A model generated the notes under the pieces. It saw nothing but the letters and a program-made list of their open reading frames with translations. It was not told the origin of the DNA and made no database searches. Below are positions 29,798 through 39,093 of a DNA stretch of 64,000 bases, piece after piece. This stretch comes from Clostridia bacterium (GTDB lineage Bacteria; Bacillota; Clostridia; TANB77; UBA1234): positions 268 to 64,267 of the forward strand of contig CAAEBC010000038.1 of the NCBI GenBank assembly GCA_900753975.1, given 5' to 3'. The position numbers and the translations under genes are program-made. How positions within the stretch are numbered: the stretch's first letter is position 1; every line of letters starts with the position of its first letter.

Positions 29798-30511
29798 ATG
29801 TTTGGACGTAGTAGCCAGATGAATATCATTTTTATAATTATTTTGGTAATGATAGCTATAACTAGTAGTAGTTTTGATTTAGAGCAAACACTTCTTACAT
29901 TGCCTGGCCTTATTTTGGCACTTACTTTTCACGAGTATGCACATGCTAAAATGTCAGATAGGCTAGGAGACCCAACACCTGCTGCACAAGGAAGACTTAC
30001 ACTTAATCCTTTTGCACATCTAGACCCATTAGGAACATTTTTCTTGATTTTTGCAGGTTTTGGATGGGGTAAACCAGTTCAAATAGATGAGAGATATTAT
30101 AGAAATCCTACTCGTGACACGATGCTTGTCGCACTTGCGGGTCCGGTTAGTAATTTTATACAATCAATTATATGGTTTTTCGTGTTTGGAGCACTTGCAA
30201 AGTTTTGTCCTGAAAATCCTAGTCAAGCACTTGTAATATTATCAAGTATGGTGCTTTATGCTGCACTAATTAATGTATCTTTGGGTGTATTTAATTTATT
30301 ACCTTTGCCACCACTTGATGGTTCAAAAATATTAAGATATTTTTTACACGGAAAAGCAAGAGAAGTTCTATACATGATAGAGCAGTATTCAACGATTATA
30401 TTACTTGTGTTATTTGCTACAGATTTAACAAGCATAATAATTTCACCAATTATTGGATGGATCACAGAGGCTATGCTTTGGCTTGTTAATGCTTTTTATG
30501 GATTATTTTAA
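29798..30511 (+). CDS. Site-2 protease family (peptidase M50) membrane metalloprotease
   Basis: HEYAHA (HExxH) in a TM segment, a downstream LLPLPPLDGS motif, multiple TM helices. Confidence 0.85.
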   Translation: MFGRSSQMNIIFIIILVMIAITSSSFDLEQTLLTLPGLILALTFHEYAHAKMSDRLGDPTPAAQGRLTLNPFAHLDPLGTFFLIFAGFGWGKPVQIDERYYRNPTRDTMLVALAGPVSNFIQSIIWFFVFGALAKFCPENPSQALVILSSMVLYAALINVSLGVFNLLPLPPLDGSKILRYFLHGKAREVLYMIEQYSTIILLVLFATDLTSIIISPIIGWITEAMLWLVNAFYGLF

Positions 30512-30536
30512 TTATATAAATAAAGGGAGAATTTAA

Positions 30537-31538
30537 ATGGAAAAAGATATATTAACACTTGGAATAGAGAGTAGTTGTGATGAAACTTCTGTTGCTGTAG
30601 TTAAAAACGGCAGAGAAGTTTTATCAAACGTTATTGCAACTCAAATAGATATTCATAAAAAATACGGCGGAGTTGTTCCAGAAATTGCTTCTAGAAATCA
30701 TGTGGAAAATATCACATATGTAGCCAAGGAAGCACTTCAAAAATCTGGAGTTACTTTGGACGATATAGATGCTATATGCTGTACGTATGGCCCAGGCTTA
30801 GTTGGAGCTTTATTAGTTGGACTTTCTACTGCAAAGGCAATGGCTTATGCTTTAAATAAGCCGTTTGTAGGAGTTCATCACATAGAGGGACATATTGCAG
30901 CAAATTATATAACACATAAAGAACTAGAACCACCATATTTATGTTTGGTAGTTTCTGGTGGACACTCACATTTGGTTCATGTAAAAGATTACACTAAGTT
31001 TGAAGTGCTTGGAAAAACTAGGGATGATGCTGTTGGTGAGGCTTTTGACAAAGTCGCTAGAGTTGTTGGAATTGGTTATCCGGGTGGTCCGGTTATAGAC
31101 AAACTTGCAAAAGAAGGTAAGCCTATCTATAACTTGCCACGTACACATTTTGAAAATTTAGATTTTAGTTTTAGTGGAATTAAAACAGCTGTAATCAATT
31201 TAGTACATAAAGAGGGCGACAATATAAATATAAATGATTTATGTGCAAGTTTTGAAGAAGCTGTTACAGACATATTAACTCAAAATTCATTAAAGGCAAT
31301 GAAAGAGCTAGGAGTTAATAAAATCGCAATTGCCGGGGGCGTTTCAGCAAATAGTTATTTAAGAAACAGAATGCAAGAATTAGGTGAAAAAGAAGGCTTC
31401 AAAGTATATTATCCTGAACTAGTTTTATGTACAGATAACGCAGCGATGATTGCTTCTGCAGGATATTATAATTATATGGCGGGAAAATGTTCACCTTGGA
31501 ATTTAAATGCCGTGCCTAATTTAAAAATTGGTGAATAA
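30537..31538 (+). CDS. tsaD: tRNA N6-adenosine threonylcarbamoyltransferase TsaD
   Basis: Motifs [35 protein letters not shown]. Confidence 0.95.
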   Translation: MEKDILTLGIESSCDETSVAVVKNGREVLSNVIATQIDIHKKYGGVVPEIASRNHVENITYVAKEALQKSGVTLDDIDAICCTYGPGLVGALLVGLSTAKAMAYALNKPFVGVHHIEGHIAANYITHKELEPPYLCLVVSGGHSHLVHVKDYTKFEVLGKTRDDAVGEAFDKVARVVGIGYPGGPVIDKLAKEGKPIYNLPRTHFENLDFSFSGIKTAVINLVHKEGDNININDLCASFEEAVTDILTQNSLKAMKELGVNKIAIAGGVSANSYLRNRMQELGEKEGFKVYYPELVLCTDNAAMIASAGYYNYMAGKCSPWNLNAVPNLKIGE

Positions 31539-31562
31539 TGAAACATGAAAGGAGCTTCATGA

Positions 31563-32234
31563 ATGGCAATATATGCAATATCAGATTTCCATTTATCTTT
31601 GGGGATAGAAGCAAAACCGATGGATGTTTTTGGAACACATTGGACTAACTATGTTGATAGACTTAAAGAAAATTGGTTAAATGTAATAAAAGAAGATGAT
31701 GTAGTGCTTATGGCAGGAGATTTTTCTTGGTCTACATATCTTGAAGACAGCAAACCAGATTTTGAGTTTTTAGAAAGTTTGCCAGGGAAGAAGATTTTGT
31801 TAAAAGGAAATCATGATTATTGGTGGACTACTTTAAAAAAGTTAAATGAATTTATTGAGGAAAACGACTTTAAATCTATTAGTTTTGTATATAATAATTC
31901 GATAGAACTTGAAAATGCTGTGGTTTGTGGAACTAGATATTGGGCTCACGAAGAAGCTTATGACAATGAAAAAATTTTTAATAGAGAGTGTGAAAGAGCT
32001 AAAATATCTTTAAAAAGCATACAAGAAACGGCAAATAAAAAGCCGATAATATTTATGACACATTATGCTCCAGATGAACGTATAATTGATTGTGTGAAGG
32101 ATTTTGATATCAAATACTGGATTTATGGACATATACATAGTAATTACGAGGAAAACATAGTAAACGTTCCTGGAATTGAAACATATTTGACATCATGTGA
32201 TTACTTGAATTTCAAACCATTACGCATAATGTAA
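31563..32234 (+). CDS. Calcineurin-like metallophosphoesterase
   Basis: Motifs ISDFHL, GDFSW, GNHDYWW, GHIH. Confidence 0.8.
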   Translation: MAIYAISDFHLSLGIEAKPMDVFGTHWTNYVDRLKENWLNVIKEDDVVLMAGDFSWSTYLEDSKPDFEFLESLPGKKILLKGNHDYWWTTLKKLNEFIEENDFKSISFVYNNSIELENAVVCGTRYWAHEEAYDNEKIFNRECERAKISLKSIQETANKKPIIFMTHYAPDERIIDCVKDFDIKYWIYGHIHSNYEENIVNVPGIETYLTSCDYLNFKPLRIM

Positions 32235-32323
32235 TAACTTAGCTAAAAAGTACTTGGAATATGTTGACAAATGTGTTATAATACAAAAATGCATAATAAA
32301 TAAGTAAAGGAAGGATTTTTAAG

Positions 32324-33607
32324 ATGAACGTAAAAGTAGAAGAATTAGAAAATAGTGAAGTTAAACTAGAGATAACAGTAAGTGCAGAGAAATTCGAAGA
32401 TGGAATGAACAAAGCTTTCTTCAAGAATGCAAAATATTTTTCAGTTCCGGGTTTTAGAAAAGGAAAAGCTCCAAGAGCTAGAGTTGAAAAGTATTATGGA
32501 GAGCATGTTTTATACGAAGATGCTTTTAACGAAATTGCACCAGAAATATACGAAGAAGCATTAAAAGAAAATAATATAGAAGCAGTAGCAAGACCAGAGA
32601 TTGATATTACACAAATTGGAAATGGTAAAGATTTAATTTTTACAGCTATTGTTACAGTTAAACCAAAGGTTGAACTTGGCAAATACAAAGGCATCAAAAT
32701 CGAAAAGAAAGAATATCCGGTAACAGACGAAGATGTTGATAATGCTATCAAAGCTATGGCAGAAAAAAATGCTAGAATTATAACTTGTGATGATGATAAA
32801 ATTCTTGAAAAAGGAGATACAGCTGTTATTGATTTTGAAGGTTTTGTTGGTGGAGAAGCTTTTGAAGGTGGAAAAGGTGAGAACTATTCATTAGAAATTG
32901 GCAGCAATACATTTATCCCAGGTTTTGAAGATCAACTAATCGGTCTTAAGAAAGGTGAAGAAACAGATGTAAATGTTAACTTTCCAGAAAACTATTTTTC
33001 TAAAGAATTAGCTGGAAAGCCTGCTACTTTTAAAGTAAAAGTAAACGAAATCAAGACAAAAGAATATCCAAAGATGGATGATGAGTTTGCTAAAGATGTT
33101 AGTGAATTTGATACTTTAAAAGAACTTAAAGCTGATACAAGAGCTCACTTAGAAGAAGAAAATAGTAGAAGAGCTAAATATGAAATGGAAGAAGATGCTA
33201 TCGAAGAAGTAACTCATAGTGCTAAAATCGATATCCCTGCAAAAATGTTAGATGCAGAGATCGATGGATACATACATGATATGAATCATCGTTTAGAGCA
33301 TCAAGGAATGACACTTGATATGTATATGCAAATGATGAACACAGATTTAGCTTCTGTAAGAGATGGGTTCAGAGGTAAAGCTGAACACAATATCATGACA
33401 AGACTTGTTCTTGAAGCTATTTTCGAAGCAGAAAAAATTGAAATTACTGACGAAGATATAAATAAAAAATTAGCTGATGTTGCAAAAGAATATGGTAGAG
33501 ATGCTGAAGAATTTGTCAAAAAAGCAAATGACCAAGTAAAAGAGTTCGCAAAAGAAGAACTTAAATATGATTTGGCTGTTAAATTTATTATGGATAATGC
33601 AAAATAA
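32324..33607 (+). CDS. tig: Trigger factor
   Basis: N-terminal FSVPGFRKGKAPRARVEK and an FKBP-type central domain (IDFEGFVGGEAFEGGKG). Confidence 0.95.
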   Translation: MNVKVEELENSEVKLEITVSAEKFEDGMNKAFFKNAKYFSVPGFRKGKAPRARVEKYYGEHVLYEDAFNEIAPEIYEEALKENNIEAVARPEIDITQIGNGKDLIFTAIVTVKPKVELGKYKGIKIEKKEYPVTDEDVDNAIKAMAEKNARIITCDDDKILEKGDTAVIDFEGFVGGEAFEGGKGENYSLEIGSNTFIPGFEDQLIGLKKGEETDVNVNFPENYFSKELAGKPATFKVKVNEIKTKEYPKMDDEFAKDVSEFDTLKELKADTRAHLEEENSRRAKYEMEEDAIEEVTHSAKIDIPAKMLDAEIDGYIHDMNHRLEHQGMTLDMYMQMMNTDLASVRDGFRGKAEHNIMTRLVLEAIFEAEKIEITDEDINKKLADVAKEYGRDAEEFVKKANDQVKEFAKEELKYDLAVKFIMDNAK

Positions 33608-33621
33608 TGTTATATTTTTCA

Positions 33622-33662
33622 ATTTGTGGATATAATTAAGTTTGTATCCACAAATGATTTTA
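33622..33662 (+). terminator. Hairpin terminator after tig
   Basis: Stem ATTTGTGGATA/TATCCACAAAT followed by GATTTTAT. Confidence 0.55.
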
Positions 33663-33716
33663 TAATATTTAGATTGTTTGTAGATTTATTTATACAAAAG
33701 GAGGAGATTATTAAGT

Positions 33717-34304
33717 ATGATAACAAATGATTTAGTGCCTTATGTTGTAGAGCAAACGAGCCATGGAGAAAGATCTTATGATATTTTTTCTAGACTTTTA
33801 AAGGATAGAATTATATTTATTGGAGATGAAATTACTGATGCAACTGCAAGTGTAGTTGTTGCACAGCTTTTGTTCTTAGAGTCAGAAGACCCAGACAAAG
33901 ATATTCACATATATATAAATAGCCCTGGTGGCAGTGTTACTGCTGGTATGGCAATTTATGATACAATGAATTACATCAAACCTGATGTTTCAACTATATG
34001 TGTTGGCTTAGCTGCAAGTATGGGAGCATTTTTACTTTCAGCAGGTAAAAAAGGTAAGAGATTTGCTCTTCCAAATTCAGAAATAATGATACATCAACCA
34101 CTAGGTGGTGCAAAAGGTCAAGCATCAGATGTTAAAATACATGCAGAATTTTTACTTAAAACTAGAGATAAATTAAATAAGATTTTAAGTGAAAATACGG
34201 GTAAGCCTTTAGATATAATAGAAAAAGATACAGACAGAGATAACTTTATGACTGCAGAAGAGGCTATGCAATATGGTCTTATAGATAAAGTTATGGAAAG
34301 ATAG
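33717..34304 (+). CDS. clpP: ATP-dependent Clp protease proteolytic subunit
   Basis: Motifs [17 protein letters not shown] and [11 protein letters not shown] (catalytic Ser), followed by MIHQP. Confidence 0.97.
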   Translation: MITNDLVPYVVEQTSHGERSYDIFSRLLKDRIIFIGDEITDATASVVVAQLLFLESEDPDKDIHIYINSPGGSVTAGMAIYDTMNYIKPDVSTICVGLAASMGAFLLSAGKKGKRFALPNSEIMIHQPLGGAKGQASDVKIHAEFLLKTRDKLNKILSENTGKPLDIIEKDTDRDNFMTAEEAMQYGLIDKVMER

Positions 34305-34422
34305 ATAAAAATTTACTTTAGACTTAGTTTTTTTACTTGTGCTTTTGCACATCAAAAATTAAGTCTTTGTCTGTTAAAAGAGGTTTTTACAAAAGATAAA
34401 AAAAGAGAGGAGTGGAGTTTTA

Positions 34423-35736
34423 ATGGCAAAATACGAAGACAAAAAAACAGTTAGATGTTCTTTTTGTGGTAAAGCACAAGAAAATGTTAAACGTATAATT
34501 GCAGGACCAGGTGTTTATATTTGTGATGAATGCGTTGGTTTATGTTCAAATATCATTGAAGAAGAGTTTGAGGAAATGTGCACAGAAGAAAAAGCACAAG
34601 AAAATCAGTCTCTTAGTCCAAAAGAAATAAAAGAAAAATTAGATGAGTATGTTATCGGGCAAGATGAAGCAAAGAAATCTTTAGCTGTTGCCGTATATAA
34701 TCATTATAAAAGAATAAATAATATTGATGCAAAATCTGATGACGTAGAAATTCAAAAGAGCAATATATTAATGCTTGGTCCTACTGGATGCGGAAAAACA
34801 TATTTAGCACAAACGTTGGCTAAGATATTAAATGTACCTTTTGCTATTTCAGATGCTACAGCTCTTACAGAAGCTGGTTATGTTGGTGAGGATGTGGAGA
34901 ATATTCTTTTAAAACTTATTCAAGCAGCTGACTACGATATAGAAAAAGCACAAAAAGGTATTATTTATATAGATGAAATAGATAAGATTGCCAGAAAATC
35001 TGAAAACGTTTCTATTACAAGAGACGTAAGTGGTGAAGGTGTTCAACAAGCATTACTTAAAATTATTGAAGGTACTGTTGCATCTGTTCCACCACAAGGA
35101 GGAAGAAAGCATCCACAACAAGAATTTATTCAAATTGATACAACAAATATTTTGTTTATTTGTGCAGGTGCTTTTGAAGGATTAGATAAAGAAATTGGTG
35201 CAAGAATAGGAAAAACAGGTTTAGGTTTTGGAGTAGAAGTACCTAAAAAAGATGATAGTAATGTTTCGCAGATGCTTGAAAAACTATTACCACAAGATTT
35301 GGTTAGATACGGTCTTATCCCAGAATTTATCGGAAGATTACCAGTAATAACTACTGTTCAACCACTTAGCAGAGAAGCATATATCGATATACTTTCTAAG
35401 CCTAAAAATGCACTTTTAAAACAATATAAAAAGCTTTTTGAATTAGATGGAGTAAAGCTTGAATTTGATAAAGATGCACTAGAAGCTATAGTAGATAAAG
35501 CTATTGAAAGAAAAACAGGTGCAAGAGGTTTAAGAGCTATACTTGAAGAAACAATGCGTGATGTTATGTTTGAAATTCCTACAAATAAAAATATTGTTGA
35601 ATGTGTTATAACACGTGAAACTGTAAAAAATGGGGCAGAGCCAAAATTAACTTATAATGAAGTGAAAAAGGCAACTAGAAAAACGAATAAATCTGTAAAA
35701 GAGAAAGAGGAAAGTAACGTAGAATCAGCATCATAA
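34423..35736 (+). CDS. clpX: ATP-dependent Clp protease ATP-binding subunit ClpX
   Basis: Zinc ribbon CSFCGK...CDEC, Walker [17 protein letters not shown]. Confidence 0.97.
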   Translation: MAKYEDKKTVRCSFCGKAQENVKRIIAGPGVYICDECVGLCSNIIEEEFEEMCTEEKAQENQSLSPKEIKEKLDEYVIGQDEAKKSLAVAVYNHYKRINNIDAKSDDVEIQKSNILMLGPTGCGKTYLAQTLAKILNVPFAISDATALTEAGYVGEDVENILLKLIQAADYDIEKAQKGIIYIDEIDKIARKSENVSITRDVSGEGVQQALLKIIEGTVASVPPQGGRKHPQQEFIQIDTTNILFICAGAFEGLDKEIGARIGKTGLGFGVEVPKKDDSNVSQMLEKLLPQDLVRYGLIPEFIGRLPVITTVQPLSREAYIDILSKPKNALLKQYKKLFELDGVKLEFDKDALEAIVDKAIERKTGARGLRAILEETMRDVMFEIPTNKNIVECVITRETVKNGAEPKLTYNEVKKATRKTNKSVKEKEESNVESAS

Positions 35737-35747
35737 GGAGGTCGCTT

Positions 35748-35927
35748 ATGAACGAGTACAAAGTAGGAGATATAGTAGAAACAAAAAAGCAACATCCTTG
35801 TGGCAGTAAGACTTGGGAGATTACCAGAGTGGGAGTTGACTTTAAGTTAAAGTGCACAAATTGTGGTCATGTAATAATGGTAGAACGAGAAAAGGCACTT
35901 AAGATGATTAAAAGAATAGCAAATTAG
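35748..35927 (+). CDS. DUF951-family small protein (59 aa; not in the ORF track)
   Basis: AAGGAGG RBS before the ATG at 35748. MNEYKVGDIVETKKQHPCGSKTWEITRVGVDFKLKCTNCGHVIMVERE matches the C-x-C...C-x2-C pattern of DUF951. Confidence 0.7.
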   Translation: MNEYKVGDIVETKKQHPCGSKTWEITRVGVDFKLKCTNCGHVIMVEREKALKMIKRIAN

Positions 35928-35982
35928 TTAAAAGAAAAACTTGGTTTGCGATAAGCTTTGCAAAATGTATAATAAATAAAAA

Positions 35983-36251
35983 TACAAAGTGGTGACGAAA
36001 CTTTCTTTCGCCACCACTTCGCTTAATATATGTCAAGTAGAAGCACATACCAAACATATATTGATATGTGCCTACTACATTTCAGACGCTTCCATACAAA
36101 GCTCCTTTTAAAAATATATTTCTACTAACTAGATACATTACCGGACACTACAAACCATCAACGGAATCTTCTCCTCCAGCCTAGTGAACACTACAACTTG
36201 ATATCAGTGGAACCTCTTCCATCTGTACCAGCCATCAATATCTGTTAGATT
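35983..36251 (-). ncRNA. Candidate small RNA of about 270 nt (orphan promoter-to-terminator unit, class not recognised)
   Basis: Bounded by the near-consensus promoter at 36258-36286 and a minus-strand terminator (hairpin 35988-36018, perfect only on the minus strand through a G-U pair, then a U-run). Only 6-14 codon ORFs are present. Contains imperfect tandem repeats ending in UGUAGUG. Confidence 0.5.
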
Positions 36252-36257
36252 GTATTA

Positions 36258-36286
36258 ATTATAGCATTGTTTACATAAAAAGTCAA
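36258..36286 (-). promoter_or_regulatory. Near-consensus sigma-A promoter driving the candidate sRNA
   Basis: The minus strand reads TTGACT, 17-nt spacer TTTTATGTAAACAATGC (TGn extended -10), TATAAT. Confidence 0.65.
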
Positions 36287-36460
36287 TATATTTTTATTAA
36301 ACTTTATTATATAGAATTATTATTCAAAATTAAATTAGCCAAAAGCTTCATATTACTTTTTCTTAAATTAAAATAGGAATTATAATATAAAAAAAAGCAG
36401 GTAAAATGAAATGAACCCAAAATGTTAGACAAAAAGTTTAACAAGGAGGGTTCATTTTTT

Positions 36461-36967
36461 ATGTCAAAATATTCAAAAGAATTTAAAATTAAAGTAATTG
36501 AATATTACTTGAGTCATGATTATGGGTATATGAAAGTAGCAAAACATTTTAAAATTAATTATGAACATTTAAGAAAGTGGGTAAAAAAGTATCAAGAGCA
36601 TGGATTAGAAGGATTATCAAGAAATAAAATAGCATATGATGGAAATTTCAAACAATATGTAGTAGAATATATGCATGAAAACCATTTATCATTAGCAGAA
36701 ACATGTATACAATTTAATTTAGGGAATCATTATGTTGTTAGTAGATGGGAACGCATATATTATGAGGAGGGACCACAAGCGCTATACAAGGAGCAACGTG
36801 GCAGAAATAAGAAAATGAGTTCTAAACCAAGAAAAAAGAAATTATCTAAAGAAGTAGAAGAAGATTTAATTGCAGAGAATCAAAGACTCAGAATGGAGAA
36901 TGAATACTTAAAAAAATTAAATGCCTTAGTTCAGGAAAGAATCAAGCGAGAGAACAAGAGAAAGTAA
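36461..36967 (+). CDS. IS3-family transposase OrfA (HTH)
   Basis: AAGGAGGG RBS. Translation MSKYSKEFKIKVIEYYL... plus a leucine-zipper-like C-terminus. The A7 slippery run at 36910-36916 lies near its end. Confidence 0.88.
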   Translation: MSKYSKEFKIKVIEYYLSHDYGYMKVAKHFKINYEHLRKWVKKYQEHGLEGLSRNKIAYDGNFKQYVVEYMHENHLSLAETCIQFNLGNHYVVSRWERIYYEEGPQALYKEQRGRNKKMSSKPRKKKLSKEVEEDLIAENQRLRMENEYLKKLNALVQERIKRENKRK

Positions 36968-36999
36968 TTGTTGTCAATGAATTAAGGCAGAAATATAGC

Positions 37000-37821
37000 T
37001 TGAAAGAATTATTAAAATTAGCAAATATAGCAAAAAGTACATTTTATTACCATTTAAACAATCTAAATAAAGAAGATAAATATAAAGAATTAAAAGATGA
37101 GATATTCTCAATATTTCATGAAAACAAAGGAAGATATGGTTATAGAAGAATAACATTGGAATTAAAAAATCGAGGATATAAAATAAATCATAAAACAGTT
37201 TCGAGATTAATGAATATGCTAGGATTAAAAAGTATACAAAGACCAAAGCGAAGATACAGTTCATATAAAGGAACAGTAGGAAAAATAGCAAATAATTTAT
37301 TAAAAAGAGATTTTGGGGCTGATAAACCAAATGAAAAATGGGCTACAGATATAACAGAATTTAAAGTAAATAACGAAAAGTTGTGCTTATCTCCAATAGT
37401 AGATTTATTTAATGGAGAGGTAGTAAGCTTTAACTTATCGAGACATCTAGTGTTTCACCAAATAGTAGATATGCTAGAGAAAGCTTTTAGTAAAATACCA
37501 AATAATACTAATTTAATACTACACTCAGATCAAGGATGGCAATATCAAATGAAGCAATATCAGTATTTATTAGAGCAAAAGGGAATTAGACAGAGTATGT
37601 CAAGAAAAGGAAATTGTTTAGATAATGCTTGTGCAGAGAACTTTTTTGGAATATTAAAATCAGAACTTTATTACATAAAAGAAAAAGAATATAAAAATAT
37701 AGAAGAATTAGAAAAAGATATAATTGAATATATAGAATATTATAATAACAGAAGAATTAAGAGCAAACTAAAAGGAATGTCCCCTGTTCAATACAGAGAA
37801 CATTCCCAGTTAGTAGCCTAA
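37000..37821 (+). CDS. IS3-family transposase OrfB (DDE catalytic domain), probably made as an OrfAB fusion by a programmed -1 frameshift at 36910-36916
   Basis: It is in the -1 frame relative to orfA, and that frame is open from upstream of the A7 run. Motifs WATDITEF, HSDQGWQY, DNACAENFFGILKSE. Confidence 0.85.
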   Translation: MKELLKLANIAKSTFYYHLNNLNKEDKYKELKDEIFSIFHENKGRYGYRRITLELKNRGYKINHKTVSRLMNMLGLKSIQRPKRRYSSYKGTVGKIANNLLKRDFGADKPNEKWATDITEFKVNNEKLCLSPIVDLFNGEVVSFNLSRHLVFHQIVDMLEKAFSKIPNNTNLILHSDQGWQYQMKQYQYLLEQKGIRQSMSRKGNCLDNACAENFFGILKSELYYIKEKEYKNIEELEKDIIEYIEYYNNRRIKSKLKGMSPVQYREHSQLVA

Positions 37822-37875
37822 TTTATACTGTCCAACATTTTGGGTTCAGTACAAAAAACCTGCTTTTTTAGGTAT

Positions 37876-38850
37876 TTAATTCGAAAGTGCGTAACGTCGC
37901 ACAGTGGCAAGAGAGATAGAAAACTGCTCGGAAATTTCACTTAAAGACATGCCATTCAAGTAAAATTTCTTAATTGCTTTTTTCTCTTCCTCACTCAAGC
38001 GCTCACCGGTATATCTGCTTTGGCTTCGATCGTTAGCTTCTCGCATCATTTCGTCGGGTATGAGCTTTCGTACGAAATTGGAAGACTTCTTGATACGTAC
38101 TGCAATACTATCGACCGAATAACCAAGCAAATACATTTTGGTTACTAAGTTTCTGATATACTCATCAGGGGTTGTAGTTGCGAATCTCAAGAATTCCATA
38201 GGAAACTTGTAATCCTTGAGCAAATCTTCCACAAGAAGATTTCCATGTCGATTAAGCTCAATGTACAAGTGCAAGAGAGTAGAGACATTGGCATCCTCAA
38301 AGGTCTTGGCAATTAGGCTGAAATCGATTTGTTTGCCAGGAGTATTTTGAGAAATAGTATCTGTTTTTTGTTTGTTATCCTCCTTTTTTACGGATGTTTG
38401 AGGAGGTACTTCCTCTTCGAGCTGTGGCAGAGGTGCCTCAGAATCTTTAATAGTGTCACAAGATACTTTCTTTCCTGTTTGTCTAAGTTCAACACCATTC
38501 TCAATCAGAATATTTCTTAGAGTCTGAAAAGAAAGGTGGAACCTTCTTTGCAAGTTTTTGAATGAGGTTGTTCGATATTCTCGAACAATTCTCTGTATCT
38601 CTTCATCAGAGATTTTTTTATACTTGCTAGAATGTACTAAATCAGAGTCATTTCCTTCACCTGAGTAATCTGAATTTTCGGATTCATCCTCATCATCTTC
38701 TTCGTCAGTACTAGTTTCTTCATGCGATTCCGTAGCTACCTTGTTGAACCGTTTGGAATAGGATGCCTTGATTACAATTCTCTCTTTTTCTCCAACGGTG
38801 ACAGAAACGCAAATTCCGTCTTCGGCTTTGATCAGGAAATTACAATTCAT
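37876..38850 (-). CDS. Hypothetical DNA-binding protein with two HTH-like segments and an acidic Ser/Asp/Glu-rich linker (325 aa)
   Basis: AGGAGGG RBS 5 nt before the ATG at 38850. HTH-like segments are SFKNLQRRFHLSFQTLRNILIENG and the C-terminal MSLSEISEQFSISLATVRRYA (sigma-70 region 4-like). G+C-richer than its neighbours (26 G+C in nt 38041-38100). Confidence 0.65.
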   Translation of the reverse strand: MNCNFLIKAEDGICVSVTVGEKERIVIKASYSKRFNKVATESHEETSTDEEDDEDESENSDYSGEGNDSDLVHSSKYKKISDEEIQRIVREYRTTSFKNLQRRFHLSFQTLRNILIENGVELRQTGKKVSCDTIKDSEAPLPQLEEEVPPQTSVKKEDNKQKTDTISQNTPGKQIDFSLIAKTFEDANVSTLLHLYIELNRHGNLLVEDLLKDYKFPMEFLRFATTTPDEYIRNLVTKMYLLGYSVDSIAVRIKKSSNFVRKLIPDEMMREANDRSQSRYTGERLSEEEKKAIKKFYLNGMSLSEISEQFSISLATVRRYALSN

Positions 38851-38913
38851 ACAATCCCTCCTAATTTTTTGTCTTACATTTGTTCGACGCGTATGTAACA
38901 ATAAACCATGACT

Positions 38914-38942
38914 ATATTAACATAATTTGGATTAAAAGTCAA
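38914..38942 (-). promoter_or_regulatory. Sigma-A-type promoter of the HTH gene
   Basis: The minus strand reads TTGACT, 17-nt spacer TTTAATCCAAATTATGT, TAATAT. Confidence 0.5.
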
Positions 38943-39093
38943 GTTGTTATGATAATATGGCTTGCCTTATGATTAGATAACACAAAAAAGGTTGTAGCTT
39001 TTACTTATTATTTTTTGATTTTTCACTTTAATTTTTAATGTGCATGTGATAAGATTTTTATGTCGAAAAACGAAAGATGGAGGCAGTTAGAAA

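Larger units (their letters stand above)
36407..37853 (+). mobile_element. IS3-family insertion sequence (about 1.45 kb) with terminal inverted repeats and a putative AAAA target duplication
   Basis: IRL is TGAAATGAACCCAAAATGTTAGAC. The IRR reverse complement is TGTACTGAACCCAAAATGTTGGAC. Shows orfA/orfB -1 frame architecture. AAAA is present on both flanks (36403-36406 and 37854-37857). Confidence 0.88.

Noticed and set aside
33608-33716. Looked for a CtsR operator (tandem GGTCAAA heptads) upstream of clpP, and for CIRCE elements.
   Set aside because: No GGTCAAA repeats or TTAGCACTC-N9-GAGTGCTAA were found by eye. Only the tig terminator hairpin is evident.
34320-34366. A long hairpin after clpP (AGACTTAGTTTTT...AAAAATTAAGTCT), considered as a terminator.
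   Set aside because: The stem is plausible, but the trailing T-run is weak (TTGTCTG). It may be an attenuator or processing structure between clpP and clpX, so I left it uncalled.
36028-36126. 32-codon + strand ORF (MSSRSTYQTYIDMCLLHFRRFHTKLLLKIYFY) within the sRNA candidate region, considered as a possible type I toxin.
   Set aside because: There is no Shine-Dalgarno sequence and no + strand promoter. The peptide is not markedly hydrophobic or TM-like. The promoter and terminator signals are on the opposite strand.
36974-37330. 118-aa minus-strand ORF inside the IS3 element.
   Set aside because: It is antisense to transposase orfB. The hydrophobic low-complexity translation is an artefact of AT-rich sequence.
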